Shown here: in pieces, positions 1-7,914 of the stretch
How positions within the stretch are numbered: the first letter of the stretch is position 1
How the letters are laid out: the number at the start of each line of letters is the position of its first letter
Assembly: GCA_039024555.1 (NCBI GenBank)
Contig: JBCCQQ010000084.1
Span: 1 to 21,132 of the forward strand
Direction of reading: 5' to 3'
Source: Cyanobacteria bacterium P01_D01_bin.156
GTDB lineage: Bacteria; Cyanobacteriota; Cyanobacteriia; Phormidesmidales; Phormidesmidaceae
Length of the DNA: 21,132 bases
Program-made: the position numbers and the translations under genes
The notes under the pieces: model-generated
Told to the model about the DNA's origin: nothing
Database searches by the model: none
The model's input: the letters and a program-made list of their open reading frames with translations, nothing else

Positions 1-356
1 TGTTGTTGATCAGCGCTGGTCAGGTCCCACTGCCACCATGGCTGGTGAGGAGACCGCCCCAAACTAACCAGCTGATAAACACTCAGACCTGCTGGCAATA
101 CCTGTTGCTGGGGCAGTAACGCGAGCTTGCGGGCCACAGCTATGGGCGATAGCTGCTGGATATCTTTTCCTGACAAAGAAACAACACCTTGCTGGGGGGC
201 TAAAATACTCCCCATCAGCCGTAGCAGAGTGGACTTACCAGAACCATTGGCCCCCAAAATACTCAGCCATTCTCCTTCTCCTACGGCCAAGGTAACTTGT
301 TCGACAATGGTTTTCTCGCCGTAGCCGCCCTGCAGATTCTGTGTTTCTAAGACCAT
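1..356 (-). CDS. Iron-siderophore/chelate ABC transporter ATP-binding subunit (FecE/FhuC-like), 5' part only, runs off the window start
   Basis: Not in the ORF track. Manual translation from ATG at 356 gives MVLETQNLQGGYGEKTIVEQVTLAVGEGEWLSILGANGSGKSTLLRLMG...ARKLALLPQQ...VYQLVSLGRSPHQPWWQW, with Walker A GANGSGKST, a Q-loop and the FecE-typical GRSPH. It starts 2 bp after the permease stop. Confidence 0.93.
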   Translation of the reverse strand, partial: MVLETQNLQGGYGEKTIVEQVTLAVGEGEWLSILGANGSGKSTLLRLMGSILAPQQGVVSLSGKDIQQLSPIAVARKLALLPQQQVLPAGLSVYQLVSLGRSPHQPWWQWDLTSADQQ

Positions 357-358
357 GG

Positions 359-1414
359 CTACCCCCCTGTAATGGCTCCACTACGACGATAGAGCAACCA
401 CATAAATACAGGGGCTCCCATAATTGATGTAACAATGCCGACCGGTAACTCAATGGGACCAAGGCGAGCCAATAGGTCAGCAATACAGAGCACTAAGGCA
501 CCCCCGACAGCGGAAAAGGGCAAAACCACTCGATAGTCGTTACCTACCAGCAATCTGACACCGTGGGGAACCAGTAGGCCAATAAAGCCCACCAAGCCGG
601 CAATGCTGACGGCCCCAGCTGTAAGTAGAGTCGCTACGGCACCAATTAAGAGGCGAGATCGCACCAGCGATGTCCCTAAACCAACCGCCAAATCGTCCCC
701 TAGGTTCAACAAATTTACCTGGCGAGCCAACAAACAGCCTAATACTAAGGAAACCACCACACTGGGGCCAACAATATTGACCTCTTGCCAACCACGACCG
801 TTGAGACTGCCCGTCAACCAAGTGAGTGCCGCCTGCACCCGACCATCGGCAGAAAGCAGCAGCAACATGGTTTGCACAGCCGCAAATAGAGTACTGACTG
901 CAACGCCTCCTAAAATCAGACGTTCCACCGACACTTTTCCTTTAGTTTTAGCTAGAGCAAAGACGATGACCATGGCAATCACTGCCCCCAGCCAGGACCC
1001 CAGCGGTAGCCAGATATCCCAAACTTGTAGCCCTACAATCAGCACCGCTGCCAGCCCCGCTCCAGAGGAAATTCCTAACAAAAATGGACTAGCCAACCCA
1101 TTGCGCAGCATGCCCTGAAGTAAAGACCCTGACATTCCCAAAGCCGACCCCACAATAATGGCTGCAATTACCCTGGGCAAACGCAGATCCCACACAATGG
1201 TTTGATGCATGGCACTGCCTTCCCTAGTCAATGCCGCCCATAACTCCGCTTGCGAAAGCGAAACAGAGCCAAAGGATAGGGAGATGGCAATAGCCAAAAA
1301 CAATCCGAGTGACAACATCAGGCTTACCGCAAGTAATTTGGAGTACCTACGTTGGGCCGCAAAGGAGCGGCGAAGCGGATGCACAGGTTTCTTCTTTGGC
1401 AGAACTGATCCCAT
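359..1414 (-). CDS. FecCD-family iron chelate ABC transporter permease
   Basis: Motifs IVWDLRLPR, LQGMLRNGLASPFLLGISSGA, WLTGSL, LNLGDDLAVGLG, GLVGFIGLLVPH, ELPVGIVTSIMGAPVF. The ATG at 1414 (MGSVL) is preferred over the track start at 1447. Confidence 0.93.
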   Translation of the reverse strand: MGSVLPKKKPVHPLRRSFAAQRRYSKLLAVSLMLSLGLFLAIAISLSFGSVSLSQAELWAALTREGSAMHQTIVWDLRLPRVIAAIIVGSALGMSGSLLQGMLRNGLASPFLLGISSGAGLAAVLIVGLQVWDIWLPLGSWLGAVIAMVIVFALAKTKGKVSVERLILGGVAVSTLFAAVQTMLLLLSADGRVQAALTWLTGSLNGRGWQEVNIVGPSVVVSLVLGCLLARQVNLLNLGDDLAVGLGTSLVRSRLLIGAVATLLTAGAVSIAGLVGFIGLLVPHGVRLLVGNDYRVVLPFSAVGGALVLCIADLLARLGPIELPVGIVTSIMGAPVFMWLLYRRSGAITGG

Positions 1415-1504
1415 TCTCAAGGTTGAATTTCCACAAATGCATTCCACGGAGAACCGCGAAATTACGTTAGGACAAAGAGACTCCGAGTTAAATAATTCAA
1501 CTAA

Positions 1505-1519
1505 TGAGAATAAATGTCA
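1505..1519. promoter_or_regulatory. Putative Fur box upstream of the ABC transporter operon
   Basis: TGAGAAT-A-AATGTCA, 2 mismatches to the TGAGAATnATTCTCA palindrome, ~90 bp upstream of the permease. Confidence 0.65.
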
Positions 1520-1604
1520 AGTAAAACTGATTACAAAATCAGTGATCCTACGGAAGGATGAGAACCATAAGTAGCTGGATGCCTTGCTGATTTTCAAGAT
1601 CGTT

Positions 1605-1862
1605 TTAGTTCTCAGGCCCTTCCTTTTGAAAGGTCTCGCAGATCGGTTTATCCCCTAAATCAGTTGCAACAGTTGGATAGTATCGTTCACGACGGAGTTG
1701 CCATCCAGTTATACACTGTAAATAATCATGGGTGCTTAGACCCATTAGCTTTGCATTAAGGGCTTCTGCTTTATAGTTGAGTCCGAGGAAATCACACAGT
1801 TCTCTCTGACGTAATCCCCTTTGTACGATGTCAGGCGGTGGCCAAGGCGCATCACTCTCCAT
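1605..1862 (-). CDS. Hypothetical protein (85 aa)
   Basis: ATG with a good AGGAG RBS on the minus strand; 12 bp downstream of the co-oriented 151-aa ORF; no family recognised. Confidence 0.7.
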   Translation of the reverse strand: MESDAPWPPPDIVQRGLRQRELCDFLGLNYKAEALNAKLMGLSTHDYLQCITGWQLRRERYYPTVATDLGDKPICETFQKEGPEN

Positions 1863-1874
1863 GTAGGTAACTCC

Positions 1875-2330
1875 TTAATCCAGAATTGACTGGGACAGGG
1901 CCGTTGGATAATTAAACAAATTTAGAATTTGCTGTAGCAAATGAACAAATCGTTCTCGCTGATGCAGGTCTTGAGGAGCATGGATACCGGCAAACTGCCA
2001 CTCAGACTTGGCTGATGACAAATTCCAGCATTGTCCTTGATGATCATGCCCAGAGGCAGCAATACCCACTAAACGACACCCTGGTTGCAAAAGGGGTTCT
2101 GAAAACAGAATCTGCACCAAAATGCAGCGACAGTCGAGCAGCCCAGAGGGCTTTAAGGAGGTAAAGCTTAAGTCAATCGATTCTGGCTTCATTTCTTGAT
2201 GGCTAAAGTCATCCGTAAGCCATGGGCTTAAATCGGGAATAGCCGACGGAAATTCAGCCCTAAACATCACTGCAACGTTGGCAATCTTACGAGTCAGACT
2301 AATGGAAAGCGCTTGGGCACTGGCGTTCAT
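1875..2330 (-). CDS. Conserved cyanobacterial hypothetical protein (151 aa)
   Basis: Clean ORF. The pattern MNA..QA...KIA.V..F..EFP.A..DL.PW..D...P.SID..F...ILVQI.F resembles an uncharacterised cyanobacterial family (from memory, unverified). Confidence 0.8.
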   Translation of the reverse strand: MNASAQALSISLTRKIANVAVMFRAEFPSAIPDLSPWLTDDFSHQEMKPESIDLSFTSLKPSGLLDCRCILVQILFSEPLLQPGCRLVGIAASGHDHQGQCWNLSSAKSEWQFAGIHAPQDLHQRERFVHLLQQILNLFNYPTALSQSILD

Positions 2331-2374
2331 AGAAAACTTGTTTTTATTTTCAGACTAACAGATTTTCTGATTAT

Positions 2375-2389
2375 TGAGATTACATGTCA
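2375..2389. promoter_or_regulatory. Degenerate Fur-like box upstream of the 151-aa ORF
   Basis: TGAGATT-A-CATGTCA with AT-rich flanks, 4 mismatches to consensus, 45 bp upstream of the start. Confidence 0.4.
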
Positions 2390-2794
2390 TTAACGATATT
2401 GCACTCACTTTAATGCTGCTCAGACTTTTTTCTTTCTCTGACCTCTAAATTAGAACACTCAAAACCCAAACAGCTTTTGAGCAGCCTAGAAAAGAAATTA
2501 CTTCCATTTTCTAAAAGAACGGTTGTTATGTGGACATCGCGATTAGAGAGTTTTAGCCATACCTCTGAGGAAGAACCCTAGAGGCATGCATCTAAATTGA
2601 CGATATTGTCAGCAATTGAATGAACTATTGCACGCTAATTTTTTAGCAAAATTGTTATCTGGCTAACCAAATAACTGTTATCCGTCACATTTTGTAAGCT
2701 GCTATTGCTGAGTAATAGGGGCTCACATGGCCTTCAGTTGTTTATATTGTTAGAGAATGCTCCTGAGTTATGGGTAGCTTCTTGTCAAGTCTCG

Positions 2795-2826
2795 ACAACC
2801 TGGAGTGCGTCTCCAGGTTGTTTCCT
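2795..2826 (+). terminator. Perfect 11-bp hairpin upstream of cpcL (terminator- or attenuator-like)
   Basis: ACAACCTGGAG-tgcgt-CTCCAGGTTGT followed by a weak T-rich tail (TTCCTT). Confidence 0.45.
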
Positions 2827-2929
2827 TACTTATATTTGACTATTTCTGACAACCGCTTTTAGAGCAAACTGACCAGATTACTGGCTGTTCTGTGGTGGCC
2901 ATACAGCAACGACTTTAGGAGAATAACAA

Positions 2930-3655
2930 ATGACTATTCCTTCACTTGCTTATAATCCCACATCCCAAAATGTTAGGGTCATAGCCCTCGATGTTGCTAA
3001 TGAAGAAAGCCCTAAAATTTTTTCCAGCAGTAATTTGTTGCAAGCCCAGGAGATGGATACGCTGATTTATGCAGCCTATCGACAAATTTTTAACGAGCAG
3101 CAAACGATTGCATACCATCGTCAGCAGTTTTTAGAGTCCCAACTAAGAAATAATCAAATCACAGTCCGCGACTTTATTCGAGGACTGGTAACTGCCGACA
3201 GTTTTCGCCGTTGCGTCTACGACTGCAATAACAACTACCGGTTCGTCCAACTGTGTGTACAGCGAATTTTGGGGCGAGATGTCTACAGTCAAGATGAAAC
3301 CCGTGCTTGGTCAATTGTGTTGGCGACTAAGGGATTATCCGGTTTTGTCGATGAACTCTTGGAAAGTACCGAATATTTAGAAGCATTTGGGGATGATATT
3401 GTGCCCTACCAGCGACGACGGATATTGCCCCAGCGAGCTGAGGGAGAGTTGCCCTTTGCTCGTATGGCTCGTTATGGCCGTGAGCATTTAGAACAACTAT
3501 CAGCATTAGGTTACAACTACAGCGCATGCCCATTAGTCCCCAACTGGTGGGAGTTTCCTAAGGCTCCCACATCCCCATTAGCCTATGTGGCCGTTAGCCT
3601 GACGGCCTTTGCTGTCCTGTACTTGATTGTGTTCGTGCCTATCGTTTCTCCATAG
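2930..3655 (+). CDS. cpcL: Phycobilisome rod-membrane linker CpcL (CpcG family with C-terminal transmembrane helix)
   Basis: PBS linker domain (LIYAAYRQIFNEQQ, LESQLRNNQITVRDFIRGL, NNNYRFVQLCVQRILGRDVY, EYLEAFGDDIVPYQRRRILPQR) plus the hydrophobic tail LAYVAVSLTAFAVLYLIVFVPIV, which distinguishes CpcL from CpcG. AGGAG RBS. Confidence 0.9.
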   Translation: MTIPSLAYNPTSQNVRVIALDVANEESPKIFSSSNLLQAQEMDTLIYAAYRQIFNEQQTIAYHRQQFLESQLRNNQITVRDFIRGLVTADSFRRCVYDCNNNYRFVQLCVQRILGRDVYSQDETRAWSIVLATKGLSGFVDELLESTEYLEAFGDDIVPYQRRRILPQRAEGELPFARMARYGREHLEQLSALGYNYSACPLVPNWWEFPKAPTSPLAYVAVSLTAFAVLYLIVFVPIVSP

Positions 3656-3685
3656 TCAACTAAACATACGACACAAAACTTAAGA

Positions 3686-3723
3686 CGAGAAATATTCTCA
3701 ATAAATTGAGAATGCACTAGAGT
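3686..3723 (+). promoter_or_regulatory. isiA promoter with overlapping Fur-like boxes
   Basis: CGAGAAA-T-ATTCTCA (3686-3700), a perfect inverted repeat ATTCTCAAT-aa-ATTGAGAAT (3694-3713), and candidate -35 TTCTCA / 17 bp / -10 TAGAGT (3718-3723). Confidence 0.75.
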
Positions 3724-3788
3724 TGACTTGATCTTTGTTGACTTTCAGTATCAATAAGGATCGCTTTTTGACTACAGGACTCATAACT

Positions 3789-4853
3789 ATGACAACGTCT
3801 GTTGCGACCAGTGCAGCGGGCTCTCCGCCCTGGTGGGCCGGTAATGCTCGACTGGTGGACTTATCGGGGCGATTGCTTGGTGCCCACGTAGCTCACGCAG
3901 GGTTAATTGTGCTCTGGGCAGGGCTAATTACGCTTTTTGAGGTCAGTCGTTTAGATGCAGCGCGTCCTCTCTATGAGCAAGGATTTATTGTGCTGCCAAA
4001 CCTAGCCCGCTTAGGCTACGGACTAGGAGACGGTGCCACGATCGTTGATAGTCACCCCTACTTCGTGGTGGGGGCTGTGCACCTGATCAGCTCTGCTTTT
4101 CTTGGGTTTGGGGGTATTTTCCATGCCCTTAAGGGGCCTGAGACCTTAGGGGGTAGCTATGCCTACGATTGGAGCGATGGCAACAAGATGACCCAGATTT
4201 TGGGGTCCCACTTGGTACTGCTAGGGGGTGGTGCATTGTTATTGGTGGCAAAGGCCACAGCTTTAGGCGGTCTCTATGACCCGTTGACCCAAACAGTACA
4301 CACGGTGGCTCCCAATACCAACCCTGCTGAGATTTTTGGCTACCTATTTGCTGGTAAGTTTTGGCTGGCTGGGGTGGACAATTTAGAAGATGTGGTTGGT
4401 GGCCACCTATACATTGGTATTCTTCTAATTGCCGGTGGCTTTTGGCATATTGCAACCCAACCCACTGCCTGGGCTAAAAAGCTCTTTGTCTTCTCAGGAG
4501 AGGCCTATTTGTCTTACAGCCTAGGTGCCCTGAGCCTAATGGCATTTGTGGCGACCTTATTCGTATCCGTCAATTCCCTGGTGTTTCCCACGGAATTCTT
4601 TGGTCCCACACTAACCATTGAATTTGATCGGGTGCCCTACTTTGTTAGCACTACGCCTGTGGATGGCTACTCATCGCGGGAGTGGCTCGCCAATGCGCAT
4701 TTCTGGCTTGGATTCTTTTTCTTGCAAGGGCACCTTTGGCACGCCCTAAGAGCGGCAGGCTTTGACTTTGGCCAGGGTCAGGTAACTAAGTCTGTGGGTG
4801 GTCGCGTTGCATCACCTACTGAGCAAATGGCCATTGGTCAACTCAAAGGTTAG
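3789..4853 (+). CDS. isiA: Iron-stress-induced chlorophyll-binding protein IsiA (CP43' family)
   Basis: [69 protein letters not shown]; lacks the large lumenal E loop of CP43. The ATG at 3789 follows an AGGA RBS. Confidence 0.95.
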   Translation: MTTSVATSAAGSPPWWAGNARLVDLSGRLLGAHVAHAGLIVLWAGLITLFEVSRLDAARPLYEQGFIVLPNLARLGYGLGDGATIVDSHPYFVVGAVHLISSAFLGFGGIFHALKGPETLGGSYAYDWSDGNKMTQILGSHLVLLGGGALLLVAKATALGGLYDPLTQTVHTVAPNTNPAEIFGYLFAGKFWLAGVDNLEDVVGGHLYIGILLIAGGFWHIATQPTAWAKKLFVFSGEAYLSYSLGALSLMAFVATLFVSVNSLVFPTEFFGPTLTIEFDRVPYFVSTTPVDGYSSREWLANAHFWLGFFFLQGHLWHALRAAGFDFGQGQVTKSVGGRVASPTEQMAIGQLKG

Positions 4854-4892
4854 GCCCAAGACGCCTTCCATTGGTAACACAGACTATTTTTA

Positions 4893-4985
4893 CCGTTGCT
4901 GATCCTCATGATGGATGACTGTATCTGCCATGTTCAGGTCTTTAGTCAGAATGACGGGGCATTTTATCCCTTAAATCAGCAACGG
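4893..4985. repeat. ~90-bp terminal-inverted-repeat / hairpin element, copy 1
   Basis: CCGTTGCTGAT (4893-4903) ... ATCAGCAACGG (4975-4985) is a perfect 11-bp inverted repeat; internal blocks are shared with copy 2 at 10064-10152. Confidence 0.8.
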
Positions 4986-5022
4986 CATATTTTTTGCAAT
5001 ACGTGAATTAAAAAGGTAAATC

Positions 5023-6474
5023 ATGACTGCAAGTGCAATTAGTAGTCGACCTGTTTCCCAGCGAGTTGGCTGGTGGGCCGGTAACGCTAGATTTATAGAC
5101 TTTTCTGGCAAACTTTTGGGAGCCCATGTGGCCCATGCTGGGTTGATTACCCTGTGGGCTGGGGCCATGACTTTGTTTGAATTGTCTCGCTATAGCCCCG
5201 ATATTCCCATGTACGATCAGGGCTTAATTTTGCTACCTCACCTAGCCACCTATGGTTTAGGCATTGGTGAAGGCGGCGTAATTGTAGATGCCTATCCATT
5301 TCTAGCCATTGGCATGTTCCACTTAGTGGCGTCTGCCGTACTAGGGGCTGGGGGCATTTACCACTCCTTTTTAGGTCCCGATCAGCTCAAGCAAGATAAG
5401 ACATTTGCGGGATTTTTTGGCTACGACTGGCAAGATGACCGCAAGATGACCACTATTATTGGTATTCATCTGTTCCTACTGGGTTTGGGGGCCTGGTTGC
5501 TAGTGGCGCAGGCCATGTTTGGTACCGGGCTATACGACCCCGACCTGGGCGCAATGCGAGTGGTTGAGAATCCAACCCTAGGGGCTGGGAAAATTTTTGG
5601 CTACCTGATAGGTTCCCACGGTGAAGCTGGTATGGCTGCAGTGGATAACTTAGAAGACATTGTTGGTGGCCACATTTGGGTTGGCCTTATGTGTGTGCTA
5701 GGTGGCATATGGCATATGGCAACCCATCCCTTTGGCTGGGCTAAACAGGTGCTGGTATACAACGGCGAAGCTTATCTGTCCTACAGCCTGGGCGCGTTAG
5801 CCTACATGGGTATTTTGGCCGGTTACTTTGTCACGGTTAACGACACAGCCTATCCAGAAGTGTTTTACGGTCCCCTCGGCTTTTTAGGTAATGCGGATGT
5901 GATTCCGGTTCGTACCTGGCTAGCAGCTTTCCACTTTGCATTTGGTGGCCTATTGCTGGCAGGTCATTTGTGGCATGCGGTTCGAGCCAGGGCTGAGGCC
6001 CAGGGCTATAGCTTTGGACGGGGCGACTTTGTCTTGAGCTACAACCCAGAGGTGGGGAATATGAACACCCCCTTGAACAGCTCTGATCTAAGCCTGCTGT
6101 GGATTAACAATCTGCCTATTTACCGCAGTGGATTATCTCCGTTTTCCCGTGGTCTAGAGATCGGCATGGCCCACGGTTACTTCTTGTTTGGTCCCTTTGC
6201 GCTTTTGGGTCCCCTGCGCAATACCGACTCAGCAAATTTAGCCGGTTTGCTATCGGCCTGTGGCTTAGTGATCATTCTGACCCTGGGGCTTTCCCTGTAC
6301 GGTCGAGCCACATTTTCATCTAACAAGCCTGCAGGTGGTGAATTGCCGGAAAACCTTAAGTCCGCTGAGGGCTGGAGCCAGTTTGCCACCAGCTTTTTTG
6401 TCGGTGGCACTGGGGGCGCACTGTTTGCCTATCTCCTAATCAGCAATGGTGATTTGCTGCTAACCACTGTTTAG
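5023..6474 (+). CDS. isiA: IsiA-PsaL fusion protein
   Basis: Residues ~1-325 are IsiA-like ([33 protein letters not shown]). From ~nt 6040 the sequence is PsaL-like ([77 protein letters not shown]) in one reading frame. Confidence 0.95.
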   Translation: MTASAISSRPVSQRVGWWAGNARFIDFSGKLLGAHVAHAGLITLWAGAMTLFELSRYSPDIPMYDQGLILLPHLATYGLGIGEGGVIVDAYPFLAIGMFHLVASAVLGAGGIYHSFLGPDQLKQDKTFAGFFGYDWQDDRKMTTIIGIHLFLLGLGAWLLVAQAMFGTGLYDPDLGAMRVVENPTLGAGKIFGYLIGSHGEAGMAAVDNLEDIVGGHIWVGLMCVLGGIWHMATHPFGWAKQVLVYNGEAYLSYSLGALAYMGILAGYFVTVNDTAYPEVFYGPLGFLGNADVIPVRTWLAAFHFAFGGLLLAGHLWHAVRARAEAQGYSFGRGDFVLSYNPEVGNMNTPLNSSDLSLLWINNLPIYRSGLSPFSRGLEIGMAHGYFLFGPFALLGPLRNTDSANLAGLLSACGLVIILTLGLSLYGRATFSSNKPAGGELPENLKSAEGWSQFATSFFVGGTGGALFAYLLISNGDLLLTTV

Positions 6475-6535
6475 GCCAAAACACGGTCCATAGTGTTCCC
6501 TAGAGCTGGTCTTGTTTAAAGGCTAAACGATGCCT

Positions 6536-6569
6536 CAATGCCTTCATGCCCTACCGCATGAAGGCATTG
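6536..6569. terminator. Perfect 14-bp stem-loop downstream of isiA-psaL
   Basis: CAATGCCTTCATGC-cctacc-GCATGAAGGCATTG. No U-tract, so it may be a 3' stabilising hairpin rather than an intrinsic terminator. Confidence 0.55.
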
Positions 6570-6627
6570 CTAGGTATGGCCTGGGGTTTAATCGCAATTT
6601 CTAATGAATCTTCCAAAGTTCCTTTAA

Positions 6628-6699
6628 AAAGAATTATTCTCAATAAGTGAATTCCATGTATACTTTTTGGGAGACAAGTCTAATTGACTTTAATTATCA
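6628..6699 (+). promoter_or_regulatory. isiB promoter with two Fur-like boxes
   Basis: AAAGAAT-T-ATTCTCA (6628-6642), sharing ATTCTCAATAA with the isiA promoter; -10 TATACT (6659-6664); second box TGACTTT-A-ATTATCA (6685-6699). Confidence 0.7.
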
Positions 6700-6799
6700 A
6701 TTGGACGGGAATTCGCCAGGGGAGGCTATAACTCCGTCGCGTTGTAGTCTCCACTTTCTTTCACCAATTATCTTCTTTTACTGAACTAAGGTAATCGTT

Positions 6800-7309
6800 A
6801 TGGCCAAAGTAGGTTTGTTTTATGGTTCCACTACAGGAAAAACTGCTGATGCTGCAGAGCAGATTCAAGCAGCTCTGGGTGGAGATTCTGTTGTTGATCT
6901 TGTCGAAATCGAGGACGCTAGTGCCTTAGCTGAGTATGAATATCTGATTGTTGCTTGTCCCACTTGGAACATCGGTGAACTTCAGGATGACTGGGCCGCT
7001 GTGTTTGATGATTTGGACGACATGGACTTTAGTGGCAAGACCGTAGCCTACATGGGTACAGGCGACCAGGTGGGCTATTCCGACAACTTTATGGATGCCA
7101 TGGGTCAGCTAGAAGAAAAGATCGCTGGCCTAGGTGGTAAAACTGTTGGTTACTGGTCTGCAGATGGCTATGACCATGAGGCATCTTTAGCTATTCGCGA
7201 TGGCAATAAGTTTTGCGGGTTAGCCTTGGATGATGATAACGAGCCTGAAAAGACCGAAGATCGAATTAAGGCTTGGACCACTCAAATTAAGCAAGAAATG
7301 GCTCTTTAG
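6800..7309 (+). CDS. isiB: Long-chain flavodoxin IsiB
   Basis: GLFYGSTTGKT FMN phosphate loop, CPTWNIGELQDDW, GTGDQVGYSDNFMDAMG, FCGLALDDDN. Confidence 0.97.
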   Translation: MAKVGLFYGSTTGKTADAAEQIQAALGGDSVVDLVEIEDASALAEYEYLIVACPTWNIGELQDDWAAVFDDLDDMDFSGKTVAYMGTGDQVGYSDNFMDAMGQLEEKIAGLGGKTVGYWSADGYDHEASLAIRDGNKFCGLALDDDNEPEKTEDRIKAWTTQIKQEMAL

Positions 7310-7342
7310 GCTGTCTGAACTCCTCTCTCAAGACAGCTTTTT
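7310..7342 (+). terminator. Intrinsic terminator-like hairpin after isiB
   Basis: GCTGTCT(GA)...(TC)A-AGACAGC followed by TTTTT, immediately after the stop codon. Confidence 0.55.
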
Positions 7343-7521
7343 CTCTTCACAGACCAGTGGTCTGGGTTTCAGCTATATAGTCCCAACAGCCCAGTCTCTA
7401 GCCATAACGCCACTGGTTTTTTCTAATGTGTGTTCAGGATTTACAGTTACTTGCTAAAGCACGTATTTAAGTCCTGGGCACATCTAAAGTTTTGGCTTTG
7501 TGTTTTCTCTCTTTTTGTTTC

Positions 7522-7848
7522 ATGAATGTTATCGCCCTGGTTCTATATGGAATAGGCCATGTGGGAGTAACAATTGGGATTTGGAGTATTGTGCTGTTAT
7601 GTGCGTGGCAGCTGTTTCATACATTGAGGCAGGGCATTAGCTATGTGAGACGGTTACACCAGATTCCCTGTAGTCGTTGTGCTTATTTTACTGGAGACTA
7701 TCGTTTGAAGTGTACGGTCCATCCATTCTCTGCTCTCACTGAAGAGGCCATAGGTTGTATGGACTATAAATCTAGAGCTCCAATATGCGAAGGAACATGT
7801 TCTCAGAGCCTATCTCCATGGCCTGTTAAGGATTTGTTGAAGCAGTAG
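7522..7848 (+). CDS. Small Cys-rich membrane protein, conserved cyanobacterial hypothetical
   Basis: N-terminal hydrophobic segment, then LHQIPCSRCAYFTGDYRLKCTVHP...EEAIGCMDY (Cx2C-x10-C-x13-C). The ATG at 7522 is preferred over the TTG at 7492. Confidence 0.8.
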   Translation: MNVIALVLYGIGHVGVTIGIWSIVLLCAWQLFHTLRQGISYVRRLHQIPCSRCAYFTGDYRLKCTVHPFSALTEEAIGCMDYKSRAPICEGTCSQSLSPWPVKDLLKQ

Positions 7849-7914
7849 GTCTAGAAGGCGATAGGTTTTCTCCTTAGGGAAATTGAGTTAGGTGAATTAG
7901 TAGGAGCTTGGATT

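Noticed and set aside
127..1574. Track ORFs 127-324, 235-483, 540-821, 603-1118 and 1209-1574
   Set aside because: Shadow or alternative-frame ORFs overlapping the ABC ATPase and permease, with no recognisable motifs.
7317..7337. Resemblance of CTCCTCTCTCAAG to the iron-stress sRNA IsaR1
   Set aside because: Only a short pyrimidine-rich match inside a terminator-like loop, with no own promoter or Fur box and no further similarity.
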